Source: an archaeon | Lineage (GTDB): Archaea > Asgardarchaeota > Thorarchaeia > Thorarchaeales > Thorarchaeaceae | NCBI GenBank assembly: GCA_024276825.1 | Contig: JAJRWI010000053.1 | Coordinates: 12,404 to 76,403 of the forward strand | Direction of reading: 5' to 3' | DNA: 64,000 nt | Notes under the pieces: model-generated | Database searches by the model: none | Told to the model about the DNA's origin: nothing | What the model saw: only the letters and a program-made list of their open reading frames with translations | In this document: piece after piece, positions 9,181 to 17,578 of the stretch | Position numbering within the stretch: the first letter of the stretch is position 1 | Layout of the letters: every line of letters begins with the position of its first letter | Program-made: the position numbers and the translations under genes

Positions 9181-9876
9181 ATGGCACCAAAGACCAGCAT
9201 TTATGCAATCAGAACCACCATTAGTCAAGAGAGATCAGTGGCAGACCTCGTCACCACTGCAGTCGTTGGTGAAACGGACATCTGGGAGTGCCCAAATTGT
9301 GGTGAGCAGTTCTCATCCAAGGATGCAACACTCAAACATATGAAAAAAGAGGCCAAGAAAGACGAGACACATGGACAGAGTGATCCAAAGCTCGTGTCTA
9401 AAAACCAGTTGCTTGGGAGGGTTAAAGCAATCCTGGTTCCTGAAACCCTGAGAGGCTATGTGTTTATTGAAACCTTAGAGTTCAGGGATGTGGAGCTTGC
9501 AATTTCAGGGGTGCCCCATGTAAGAGGAAGGGTTGGCGGTAAAGTTAGTTTTGAGGAAATCGATAGATTTCTCATTCCAAAGCCAGTTGCTGAGGGACTT
9601 GAAGAGGGAGATGTTGTAGAGGTCATCTCAGGACCCTTCAAGGGAGAGCGGGCTAGAGTTGCAAGAGTCGAGGTTGCAAAAGAGGAACTTATCCTTGAGT
9701 TGCTAGATAGTCCTCATGCAATTCCAATCCGTGTACATGCGGACTTCTGCAAGTTGGTCGAGAAGGGCGAACGTGAGAGGGTGCAAGAATATGAGGATAT
9801 GGGAGAGGGTGAGGAAGAAGAGGACGAGTTTGATGATGAGTCATTTTGGGCGAGGGATGACGATTTCGAGGACTGA
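9181..9876 (+). CDS. spt5: Transcription elongation factor Spt5 (NGN+KOW) with inserted zinc finger and acidic tail
   Basis: YAIRTT..QER, LRGYVFIE, KOW GDVVEVISGPFKG. Confidence 0.95.
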   Translation: MAPKTSIYAIRTTISQERSVADLVTTAVVGETDIWECPNCGEQFSSKDATLKHMKKEAKKDETHGQSDPKLVSKNQLLGRVKAILVPETLRGYVFIETLEFRDVELAISGVPHVRGRVGGKVSFEEIDRFLIPKPVAEGLEEGDVVEVISGPFKGERARVARVEVAKEELILELLDSPHAIPIRVHADFCKLVEKGERERVQEYEDMGEGEEEEDEFDDESFWARDDDFED

Positions 9877-9935
9877 TATAGATAGTCCCCACGTGCCATC
9901 ATGCCATTGTTGGTGATGTGCATAGAGTTCATTCC

Positions 9936-9950
9936 AAAATCCTTTTAACA
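9936..9950 (+). promoter_or_regulatory. Putative BRE-TATA promoter of the L11-L1-P0-P1 operon
   Basis: AAAATCCTTTTAAC; first 12 nt identical to 1882-1893. Confidence 0.45.
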
Positions 9951-10031
9951 TAATTTCAGAGGGGAAGTTTAACCTCTTAATGTGACAGCCACGCATAGAC
10001 GTGATGTCAGGGGTGAGAAAAGTGAGAAAGA

Positions 10032-10120
10032 ATGCAGTAGACCATATAGGATGTCGCACTTGTTCTGTCCTAGAGGTCGAACCCACCGATGTAACTGCGA
10101 GTTCATCGGGCAAACTGCAT
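10032..10120 (+). promoter_or_regulatory. Candidate structured 5' leader (three-way junction) of rpl11
   Basis: Closing stem ATGCAGT/ACTGCAT; arms GACC..TAGGA/TCCTA..GGTC and CCGATG-AAC/GTT-CATCGG; ends just before SD AGGAG. Confidence 0.5.
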
Positions 10121-10137
10121 CAGGAGTTGATTAAGAG

Positions 10138-10643
10138 ATGAGTTCACAGAAAATCACAGTTGAGGCTCTAGTCGAAGGTGGAAAAGCCTCAGGTGGACCC
10201 CCTATTGGGCCTGCACTTGGACCAACAGGAGTAAACATATTCCAAGTTGTTCAGAAGATCAATGAGGTCACACAACCATTTGCAGGTCTCAAGGTCCCAG
10301 TCAAGATAATTGTTGACCAAGAAACAAAGGAGTTTGAGGTGGAAGTTGGTACACCACCAACAAGCGCACTAATATTGAAAGAAATTGGTCAGGCAAAGGG
10401 ATCGGGCGAGCCAAATACCAAAATTATAGGCAATCTGACGATTGAGCAGATCAAATCAATTGCCAAGGGTAGGCTAGCGACCTTTCTGCAATCGATATGA
10501 AGGGAGCAGTGCTGACCATTGCTGGTACTTGTGTTTCAATGGGAGTAAATATTGAGGGAGTTTCAGCCAAGGAGTTTCAGCAGCAGGTCCGTGAAGGAAA
10601 ATGGGACAGCGAGCTCGAAGAACCACTGCGGGAGGAGAAATAA
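10138..10643 (+). CDS. rpl11: 50S ribosomal protein L11 (uL11), 1-nt frameshift near 10471-10499
   Basis: N-part GKASGGPPIGPALGP...VGTPPTS. After a -1 shift it continues ASDLSAIDMKGAVLTIAGTCVSMGVNIEG...EEK to TAA abutting the rpl1 ATG; span is 506 nt, one short of a codon multiple. Confidence 0.93.
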
Positions 10644-11300
10644 ATGTCATACCGTATTGATACAATCGAGGCAGCTGTTGCAGAAGCAAGAGCCAAGGGT
10701 ACCGAGAGAGGGATTAAGTTCGAACAGAGCTTTGATTGCGCTGTCAACTTTAGAAAGAAGGAAGTTGATGTTTCGAAACCGGAGAACAGGCTCAATCAGG
10801 AGATTGTTCTCCCACATCCCTTGTATCCTCCTGCAAAGATCTGTGCATTTGGGGATGGAGAGTTTGCTGAGAATGCGAGGGCTGCAGGAATAGATACTGT
10901 CATCTCTAGGGAGGACATCCCAAAGATTGGTGGAGAGAAAAAAGAGAGAAAGGCACTTGCCAAGAAATATGACTTTTTCATCGCCTCCATCGATGCAATG
11001 CCCTTGGTAGGTAGGTATCTTGGACAGGCCCTTGGACCAAGAGGTAAGATGCCAAAGCCATTTCCACCACAGGCAGATCTGAAGGCAATTGTCAATCAGT
11101 ATCAAAGAACTGTGCGCATCAGAATGCGAAACACCCCTACATTCCATGTCAAAGTAGGCCATATGAGAATGACTGACAGAGAGATAGCTGATAATCTAAT
11201 GGCAGTGATCAACTTTGTTGATCAGAAAGGCCTACTGGACAAGGTGCATCATGTTTGTGTGAAGACAACAATGGGGCCATGCATTACAATACAGAGGTGA
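10644..11300 (+). CDS. rpl1: 50S ribosomal protein L1
   Basis: FEQSFD, LGQALGPRGKMP, VKTTMGP. Confidence 0.97.
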   Translation: MSYRIDTIEAAVAEARAKGTERGIKFEQSFDCAVNFRKKEVDVSKPENRLNQEIVLPHPLYPPAKICAFGDGEFAENARAAGIDTVISREDIPKIGGEKKERKALAKKYDFFIASIDAMPLVGRYLGQALGPRGKMPKPFPPQADLKAIVNQYQRTVRIRMRNTPTFHVKVGHMRMTDREIADNLMAVINFVDQKGLLDKVHHVCVKTTMGPCITIQR

Positions 11301-11306
11301 CATTAG

Positions 11307-12320
11307 ATGTCATTGTATGAAAAGAAAATCCCACAATGGAAGGTTGATACAGTCAATAAACTCGCTGAGATGATTAAGAAGAGCGAGATGATTGGACTCA
11401 TTAATGTTGAGGGAGTAGGTGCAAAGCAGCTTCACGGCATTCGAGAGAGTTTAAGAGGTTCTGCCACAATTAAGATGGCAAGAAACACACTGATGATAAG
11501 AGCTCTCGAGAAGGTCAAGAAGAAGGGGATAAAGGAGCTTGCAAATTATGTCAAGGGGCCTGTTGCATTCATTTTCAGCGATCAGGACCCATTCAAACTC
11601 AGCAAGTTTCTCAGCGAGAACAAGACTGCTGCTCCAGCCAAGGGTGGCCAGATAGCTCCAAAGGACATCATTGTCCCAGAGATGAACACTGGTGTGGCCC
11701 CTGGACCATTCATCAGCGAGCTTGCAGCATTAAAGATTCCCTCCCGTGTGAGAGGAGGAGTGATTCACATCACAGAAGACACTGTGGTTGTGAAGGAAGG
11801 TGAAGTGATTTCCAATGCTATGGCACAAATGCTAACGCGGCTTGGAATAGAACCAATGGAACTTCAACTTAAGATGATTGCAGCTTATGCCGATGGGATG
11901 ATCATAACTGCAGATGCTCTGGACATTGATTTAGACCAGCTCTTGGACCAGGTTATAGCAGGACATCAATATGCTGTGAACCTGTCCATCAACATTGGAT
12001 ATCCAACCTCTGAAACAATCACATTGTTGATTGCAAAGGCGGATATGGAGGCCAGGAGCCTAGCGCTCGATATTGGATTCTTCACGCCAGATATGGTGGA
12101 AGAGTTTCTTGCAAAGGCAAATGTGGAGGCATTTGCTCTTGCAGCAGTGCTTTCAGAGAAGGATCCTAATGTAATACCCTCAGAAGTCTTGAGTCAGGTG
12201 AAGGCAGTCAGTGCAGCTGCGACAGCTGCCCCTGAGCCAGAGCCTGTAAAAGATGAGCCTCCAGAGGAGGAGGATGAGGAGGAAGAATCAGTTGCAGGTC
12301 TATCAGGCCTGTTCGGATAA
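11307..12320 (+). CDS. rpl10: 50S ribosomal protein L10/P0
   Basis: PQWKVD, ARNTLM, NTGVAPGP; acidic hinge and GLSGLFG C-terminus. Confidence 0.97.
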   Translation: MSLYEKKIPQWKVDTVNKLAEMIKKSEMIGLINVEGVGAKQLHGIRESLRGSATIKMARNTLMIRALEKVKKKGIKELANYVKGPVAFIFSDQDPFKLSKFLSENKTAAPAKGGQIAPKDIIVPEMNTGVAPGPFISELAALKIPSRVRGGVIHITEDTVVVKEGEVISNAMAQMLTRLGIEPMELQLKMIAAYADGMIITADALDIDLDQLLDQVIAGHQYAVNLSINIGYPTSETITLLIAKADMEARSLALDIGFFTPDMVEEFLAKANVEAFALAAVLSEKDPNVIPSEVLSQVKAVSAAATAAPEPEPVKDEPPEEEDEEEESVAGLSGLFG

Positions 12321-12335
12321 AGTGAGGTAATAAAA

Positions 12336-12644
12336 ATGGAGTATGTATATGCAGCACTTCTGCTTCATAAGGCGGGACAAACTATTGATGCAAAGTCAAT
12401 GGAGGCCGTACTAACAGCCGCAGGAGTCAAACCTGACAAGGGCAGAGTCAAAGCGTTGATCGCAGCACTTGAGGGAGTCGACATTGATGAGGCCCTGAAG
12501 AGTGCAGCAATGCCAATGGCTGTTGCCGCCCCAGCAGGTGAGACCGCCGCAGCTGGTGAGCCCGCTGCTGAAGAGAAGAAAGAAGAAGAGAAAGAAGAGG
12601 AAGAAGAGGAGTTCACCGCAGGCTTAGGCAGTCTATTTGGGTGA
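12336..12644 (+). CDS. rpl12: Ribosomal stalk protein L12/P1
   Basis: [11 protein letters not shown] ... EEEEE..GLGSLFG. Confidence 0.98.
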   Translation: MEYVYAALLLHKAGQTIDAKSMEAVLTAAGVKPDKGRVKALIAALEGVDIDEALKSAAMPMAVAAPAGETAAAGEPAAEEKKEEEKEEEEEEFTAGLGSLFG

Positions 12645-12673
12645 TTGTGGTCACTGACCATCTCCTCATTAGT

Positions 12674-12718
12674 AGGGCGACAGGAAACCCCTGTCTGCCC
12701 TTCAATTCTTGTTTTTTA
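12674..12718 (+). terminator. Hairpin plus T-tract after the ribosomal stalk operon
   Basis: AGGGC-GACAGG / CCTGTC-T-GCCCT stem followed by TTCTTGTTTTTT. Confidence 0.55.
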
Positions 12719-12764
12719 TAAATCAATCAGCAGACAAATATGCTTGTTTGTGATAGACACTTTT

Positions 12765-13565
12765 GTGAAAATCGTCACCCATGAATTAATGAGAAGGAGT
12801 TATGACAATACTCCCGCTGGAGCACCTGGCAGACTGGACACATCTTTTGAGGTTCTGGGCAAAGATTCCAACTATAAATTCATTGATGCAAAACCTGCTA
12901 CTGAAGAACAGATCTTACGTGCTCATACACAGCATGTCATTGATCAAGTAAGGCACGAGAGCGAAGTCTGGCATCACCAATTGTATGACATGGCACTTCT
13001 AGCAGCTGGAGGAGCAATCCAGACAGCAATGATTGGAGCCAGAGGGGAGCCTGCTTTTGGCCTGATAAGGCCACCAGGACATCATGCGTCAAGGGACAGC
13101 TTTTGGGGCTTTTGCTATTTCAACAATATAGCGGTTTCGTTGCTTGAACTTCGTGTCCACGGTCTGAAAAACCCTGAATTTCCCCAGATATCCTCCGCAT
13201 TCATTCTAGACTTTGATCTTCATGAGGGAGATGGAAACATCGATATTCTCAGCCCAGATCGAAGATTTATCATTTACAATCCGCGTGGACATGGCGATGA
13301 GGAATACCTCAAGGATGTGAAATTGGCCTTAGATATCAGCATTGATGTGGACATAATTGTAGCATCTGCTGGATTTGACCAATATAAGCATGATTGGGGT
13401 AGTAACCTATCAACAGAAGCATTCTACGAAATAGGACACCTGATGTATGAGTTTGCGATGGAACGTTGTGATGGCCGCAGATACGCACTTCTTGAGGGAG
13501 GATATAATCACGATGACCTTGGCAAGAATGTTCACGCCTTTTGTGAGGGCCTGCGAGGTGTATGA
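12765..13565 (+). CDS. Histone deacetylase / acetylpolyamine amidohydrolase family protein
   Basis: RPPGHHA, GFCYFNN, DFDLHEGDG, SAGFD, LEGGY; start estimated at GTG 12765. Confidence 0.93.
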   Translation: MKIVTHELMRRSYDNTPAGAPGRLDTSFEVLGKDSNYKFIDAKPATEEQILRAHTQHVIDQVRHESEVWHHQLYDMALLAAGGAIQTAMIGARGEPAFGLIRPPGHHASRDSFWGFCYFNNIAVSLLELRVHGLKNPEFPQISSAFILDFDLHEGDGNIDILSPDRRFIIYNPRGHGDEEYLKDVKLALDISIDVDIIVASAGFDQYKHDWGSNLSTEAFYEIGHLMYEFAMERCDGRRYALLEGGYNHDDLGKNVHAFCEGLRGV

Positions 13566-13575
13566 TGTCCCACGC

Positions 13576-13590
13576 GGAAAGCTTTATGAC
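13576..13590 (+). promoter_or_regulatory. BRE-TATA upstream of tRNA-Arg
   Basis: GGAAAGCTTTATGAC about 30 nt before the tRNA. Confidence 0.5.
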
Positions 13591-13615
13591 TGAAATCATC
13601 GGCGTTCAAATTGCA

Positions 13616-13693
13616 GGGCCCGTTGCCTAGCCAGGATAGGGCGCCAGCCTTCTAAGTTGGAGTTCGCCGGTTCAAATCCGGCCGGGCCCGCCA
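13616..13693 (+). tRNA. tRNA-Arg(TCT), CCA encoded
   Basis: GGGCCCG/CGGGCCC acceptor; CCAGC-CT-TCT-AA-GTTGG; TTCAAAT. Confidence 0.96.
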
Positions 13694-13705
13694 TTAGATT
13701 TTGAG

Positions 13706-15442
13706 TCATTCCTCGAAGACAAGTGCATGTTTCAGCCATTCTGGTAATTGCATGTCAAGCAGTGACTCTATCTCAGCAATAGATGAGATGGGGGTTCCTT
13801 TTAGTCGTGCGGCTCGCTTTCCACCAATTGAGGGAATGCTCTTCCATTGAAGCAGTGATGCATATTTGGGGTTAAAGGGATAGGGCAATGCTGAGAGAGA
13901 CCTCGGACCATGACCAACAACAAACACGTCAGTTTTGTCTTTAAACTTCGCATCGGGAATATAACATAGGGGAGGATATGTACCAAGAGGCCTTGCGAGA
14001 GAGTAGTTCCCATCAAGACGTTCAAAGAAGACGTTTCGTAAGACTGTCCCCAGAGGAGCAACCCTTCTCATCATCTCTGTATCGATTGTTTCTCGAATGA
14101 TCTTCTTATGACGGAAGAACTCGTTTCGTTTTATCTTCCGTGATGATCTTCCACCCATGCGGGTCCCGGAGAATCCAATGACCTGACGGATATTAATACG
14201 GCGAACCATCAGACCCTCATCAAGGATGCCCTGTAAGAACATGAGATTGTGTTCGAGAGTTCGCCTACTCTCACCCAATAGGCCATAGAGCAGATTGATT
14301 CCAGGGAGAAGGTGGGGAAGGCCCCAAGATGGACGAGTTCCGCCAATTCTATTGAGAAGGCGGATGGCTGAGATGACTTCACTCTCATTCGCCTTTAGAT
14401 TATTCCTCTTAATCACTTCCGGGTCCACTGACTCCACACCAAATGCCGCAACATCACCAGGGGTATGATACTTGATTATTGCTTTAGCAACCTCAGCACT
14501 CTCTTCAGGATGATGGGCAAGTGTGCCAGGGTTGACATTGTCAATATGCAGGACCTCCACATCAGGGGCAACATGTCTGATTTTTGAGAACAGTTCATCG
14601 ATTCTTTCTGGAGCGGGGATTGGAAATTCTTCTTCACCCATTTCTCGAGAACCATAAGTGAATAAATCGGCCTGGTTACCAATTCTAAATGCTCTGGCCC
14701 CATGCTTGTACAAAGACTCAATCTCATTGACAATGTCGCGTATTGACCTCTGACTGGGAGGACCATACAATGGTTCGGTACAAAACGAACATCCACCCGA
14801 AATAAAACGGGGGCACCCAGTATAGGTCTCAATCTCACAGATTAGATATCCGCGGGAGAATCCAGGGTGCTGCGTAATGATTCTTGCACCACGAGGCGTG
14901 AATCTCTCAATCTCATTATAGCCGGTTCTTACCCTAGACAAGTCCACTGCTTCAACAGACCCTCTCTCCATAATGTCGAATATGACAACTTCGGGATTTC
15001 CAATTACTATGTGATCAAATGGGGGAGTCAGTACATCAGATCCTAGTGCAAGACGTCCGCCTTCGAGGCCGCATCCAAATCGCGCCCATGGTCCGACTAA
15101 GAGTTTTGGAATGTGCTGCAGACGTGTGTCATTGAAAATGCGTTGGGCCTCATTGACAGAGATTGGTGTGCCCCCAACATATTTTCCTGGCACAATCATT
15201 CCTGCAATGAGTATGATCATGTCTGCATGAGTCCATTTGGATTGTGGATCATTCAAGGAGCGTATTTCGTCAATGGTCTGATATAGTATCTCTGTATGGG
15301 GAGATGCTGTCCATATCGCACCTGCTATGTATCTAGGGTAGGGGCTGATGTAAGGTGGAACACCCAGACAGGTTGGTTCGTCAACATAGCCATCAACAAT
15401 GACTACTCTCTTCAGATCAGCCCCACTCCCTGAAGTTGTCAT
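13706..15442 (-). CDS. Radical SAM protein with C-terminal helix-hairpin-helix (COG1031-like)
   Basis: DGYVDEP..LGVPPY, CPRFISGGCSFC (CX7CX2C), IPSIGGKRA HhH. Confidence 0.85.
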   Translation of the reverse strand: MTTSGSGADLKRVVIVDGYVDEPTCLGVPPYISPYPRYIAGAIWTASPHTEILYQTIDEIRSLNDPQSKWTHADMIILIAGMIVPGKYVGGTPISVNEAQRIFNDTRLQHIPKLLVGPWARFGCGLEGGRLALGSDVLTPPFDHIVIGNPEVVIFDIMERGSVEAVDLSRVRTGYNEIERFTPRGARIITQHPGFSRGYLICEIETYTGCPRFISGGCSFCTEPLYGPPSQRSIRDIVNEIESLYKHGARAFRIGNQADLFTYGSREMGEEEFPIPAPERIDELFSKIRHVAPDVEVLHIDNVNPGTLAHHPEESAEVAKAIIKYHTPGDVAAFGVESVDPEVIKRNNLKANESEVISAIRLLNRIGGTRPSWGLPHLLPGINLLYGLLGESRRTLEHNLMFLQGILDEGLMVRRINIRQVIGFSGTRMGGRSSRKIKRNEFFRHKKIIRETIDTEMMRRVAPLGTVLRNVFFERLDGNYSLARPLGTYPPLCYIPDAKFKDKTDVFVVGHGPRSLSALPYPFNPKYASLLQWKSIPSIGGKRAARLKGTPISSIAEIESLLDMQLPEWLKHALVFEE

Positions 15443-16409
15443 ACCCAGTCGCTTGGATCTTAACCTCTCCTGATGGGCTATTGAATATCACGCCTGAACC
15501 TTCATTCACTGTGCCTATTTTCATAAGCGTCATCTTTTGACTCTGGGCAATCCCGAGTGCCTTGTTCCATTGGCCTTCCGGGATTGTCAACACAAGAGTG
15601 AACTCCTCACCTCCATTCATGACTAAAGATGTCAGGTCAAGATCATGGCTCTTGGCAAATGATTCAACGCCAGCCGCAGTAGGCAATCTTGTAATGGTGA
15701 GTTGTTTCATGCTGTGATTTGCCATAGTGTTAAGGGTGATTCCAAGACCATCACTACTGTCCATTGATGATGTGATGGCCCCTGCATTAGCGAGCGCAGA
15801 TACAAGACTCAGACTGATTGATGGCTTGTATGCTGCAAGAAGGGCTCGTTGTCTAAGGGTAGGATCAACACTAAGGTCCTTGAGTAGAATATGAAAGGCA
15901 ACAGAAGTAAGCCCAAATGAACTGGTAACAGCGATGATATCGCCCACCTGCGCTCCACCCCTTGTCACAATTCTCTGAGGCTCTGCAGAACCAATTGCGA
16001 CACCGGTAAGAATCACGTCATTGGTTGTACCCATATCTCCACCAATGAATATTACTCCAGACTTGAGGCAGTACTGTGAGAAGCCCCGAATCAATTCGTA
16101 GGCAGACTGGGTGTCATAGTCTGGGGGAACACATAGTGAGAGCATTGTGGCAATTGGAGTTGCGCCCTTTGCAGCAATATCGCTGAGGGCCATGACTGCA
16201 GTCTTGCGGCCCACCTGTGCTTCAGACATTCCTGGAAGCCAGTCGGTAGAGCCAACAAAAGTATCAATGTTTATCACTACATTTGTGGACTCAGAGATTG
16301 GGATGTCTGATGCGTCTTCATCAAAGCCAAGCACTGCACCATCAATCTCGTTGACCAGTTCACGAATGCTTTCAAGGAAGGCGCGTTCGCCCAAGTCTCG
16401 TGTCTTCAA
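15417..16409 (-). CDS. thiL: Thiamine-monophosphate kinase
   Basis: LGERAFL, SDIAAKG, GGD, DSSDGL, GGEEF. Confidence 0.92.
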   Translation of the reverse strand: MKTRDLGERAFLESIRELVNEIDGAVLGFDEDASDIPISESTNVVINIDTFVGSTDWLPGMSEAQVGRKTAVMALSDIAAKGATPIATMLSLCVPPDYDTQSAYELIRGFSQYCLKSGVIFIGGDMGTTNDVILTGVAIGSAEPQRIVTRGGAQVGDIIAVTSSFGLTSVAFHILLKDLSVDPTLRQRALLAAYKPSISLSLVSALANAGAITSSMDSSDGLGITLNTMANHSMKQLTITRLPTAAGVESFAKSHDLDLTSLVMNGGEEFTLVLTIPEGQWNKALGIAQSQKMTLMKIGTVNEGSGVIFNSPSGEVKIQATGYDNFREWG

Positions 16410-16443
16410 TGTGAAGCCTCAGTTCTGTAGTGTGAGTATCCAT

Positions 16444-16458
16444 GATAAGTTTTATAGC
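16444..16458 (+). promoter_or_regulatory. BRE-TATA upstream of tRNA-Thr
   Basis: GATAAGTTTTATAGC about 30 nt before the tRNA. Confidence 0.5.
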
Positions 16459-16486
16459 ATGAGCATATCGACGGCAAACAGAATAA

Positions 16487-16562
16487 GCCTCGGTGGCTAA
16501 GTGGTCAAGGCGTCTGCCTCGTAAGCAGAAGATCGCGGGTTCAAATCCCGCCCGGGGCTCCA
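16487..16562 (+). tRNA. tRNA-Thr(CGT), CCA encoded
   Basis: GCCTCGG/CCGGGGC acceptor; TCTGC-CT-CGT-AA-GCAGA. Confidence 0.96.
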
Positions 16563-16642
16563 TTTTTGCCTAGTCTCTTGTGCACCTTTAATATAGTTTA
16601 TACAGGAATTTGGTTCAATGGTATATTACAGAGGTGAAAAAT

Positions 16643-16726
16643 ATGAAAAAGAACAAGAATAAAAATACAAAAAGAGGAAATCCCAAGCCCGCCTTCTTTG
16701 AGTGGCTTGCAGGTACAACTCGTTGA
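16643..16726 (+). CDS. Possible 27-aa basic micro-protein (MKKNKNKNTKRGNPKPAFFEWLAGTTR)
   Basis: Strong SD GAGGTGA just upstream; no recognisable family. Confidence 0.25.
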   Translation: MKKNKNKNTKRGNPKPAFFEWLAGTTR

Positions 16727-17076
16727 TCACTAATTTTGAATTGAGGAGTTTTAATTAATGGGGCTTGTTCCCCAACTCCAAAAACATCCCCCATGGGTGC
16801 TTTTCTCATATCAATTGGCCCATTTTAATGGTTTTTACAGAATCTTACGCCTTACTGGTTTTTTATGATGATACTTGAAACATTTAGAAGATAGAGTTAC
16901 ATCTTTTAACTGAATGCCATGATGTTAAATTATCTTTGCACAATGAATAGAGTGATGATTGAAGCGTAATCATCATCACGCAAAGCAATTTAACCGTTAT
17001 TTCAGGCACAATAACGATAATCTTAATAAAAGAACAGGAACTTTTTCCATTCACGTCCTTGGCGACGCATATGTTT

Positions 17077-17193
17077 GCGGAGGTTGCCAAGCCTGGCCAA
17101 AGGCGCTAGGTTGAGGGCCTAGACTTTATGGCCTCGGTCATAAACGGGCACTCTCGTAGGAGTTCGCGAGTTCAAATCTCGCCCTCCGCACCA
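17077..17193 (+). tRNA. tRNA-Leu(GAG) with 29-nt intron (17123-17151) at position 43/44, CCA encoded
   Basis: GCGGAGG/CCTCCGC acceptor; CTAGG-TT-GAG-GG-CCTAG. Removing 17123-17151 restores the Leu variable arm T-CTC-GTAG-GAG-TT; BHB junctions present. Confidence 0.92.
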
Positions 17194-17254
17194 CATGGAC
17201 TCGTTCTATCGACTCTTAAGACATCAGTGAGAACTGGGGATTTGCAGGTCAATA

Positions 17255-17415
17255 AAAGTAGGTGACCCGTTTCCTAAAGCCGTTCGTGGAAACGGGTCGG
17301 TGGGGGAGGGCATGTAAAGAGGAAAGGTCCTCTCTAAATGATAGACGTTGGAAATGAGAGGGGGAACTCATAATGAGAGGACCAGAGGAAGTCTTCATTT
17401 CGTCCGCTTCGGTGG
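17255..17415 (-). ncRNA. Candidate structured non-coding RNA (strand inferred)
   Basis: Perfect 11-bp and 9-bp stems, CU-rich linkers on the minus strand, TTATATA upstream, T-rich end; no credible ORF. Confidence 0.5.
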
Positions 17416-17578
17416 TATGTTGGCTATTGTTGTATATAAGAACCACATGAGTTGTTCTTGCAAACTAAGGGCAATGGATTGTAAAAAATGGGATTCTGTG
17501 GAGTGGCCAGAGTTCGAATGATTACGGAACCTATAAAGGCACAATGGATGAAATTGAATGTGTGTCTGGGTGAAACTT

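Noticed and set aside
10552-10893. 113-aa ORF between rpl11 and rpl1
   Set aside because: Off-frame shadow; the region is the frameshifted L11 C-terminus and the L1 start.
17319-17334. GAGGAAAGGTCC resembling the RNase P RNA P4 5' strand
   Set aside because: No matching 3' P4 strand with the bulged-U geometry and no P3 immediately before it; the segment forms a local hairpin instead.
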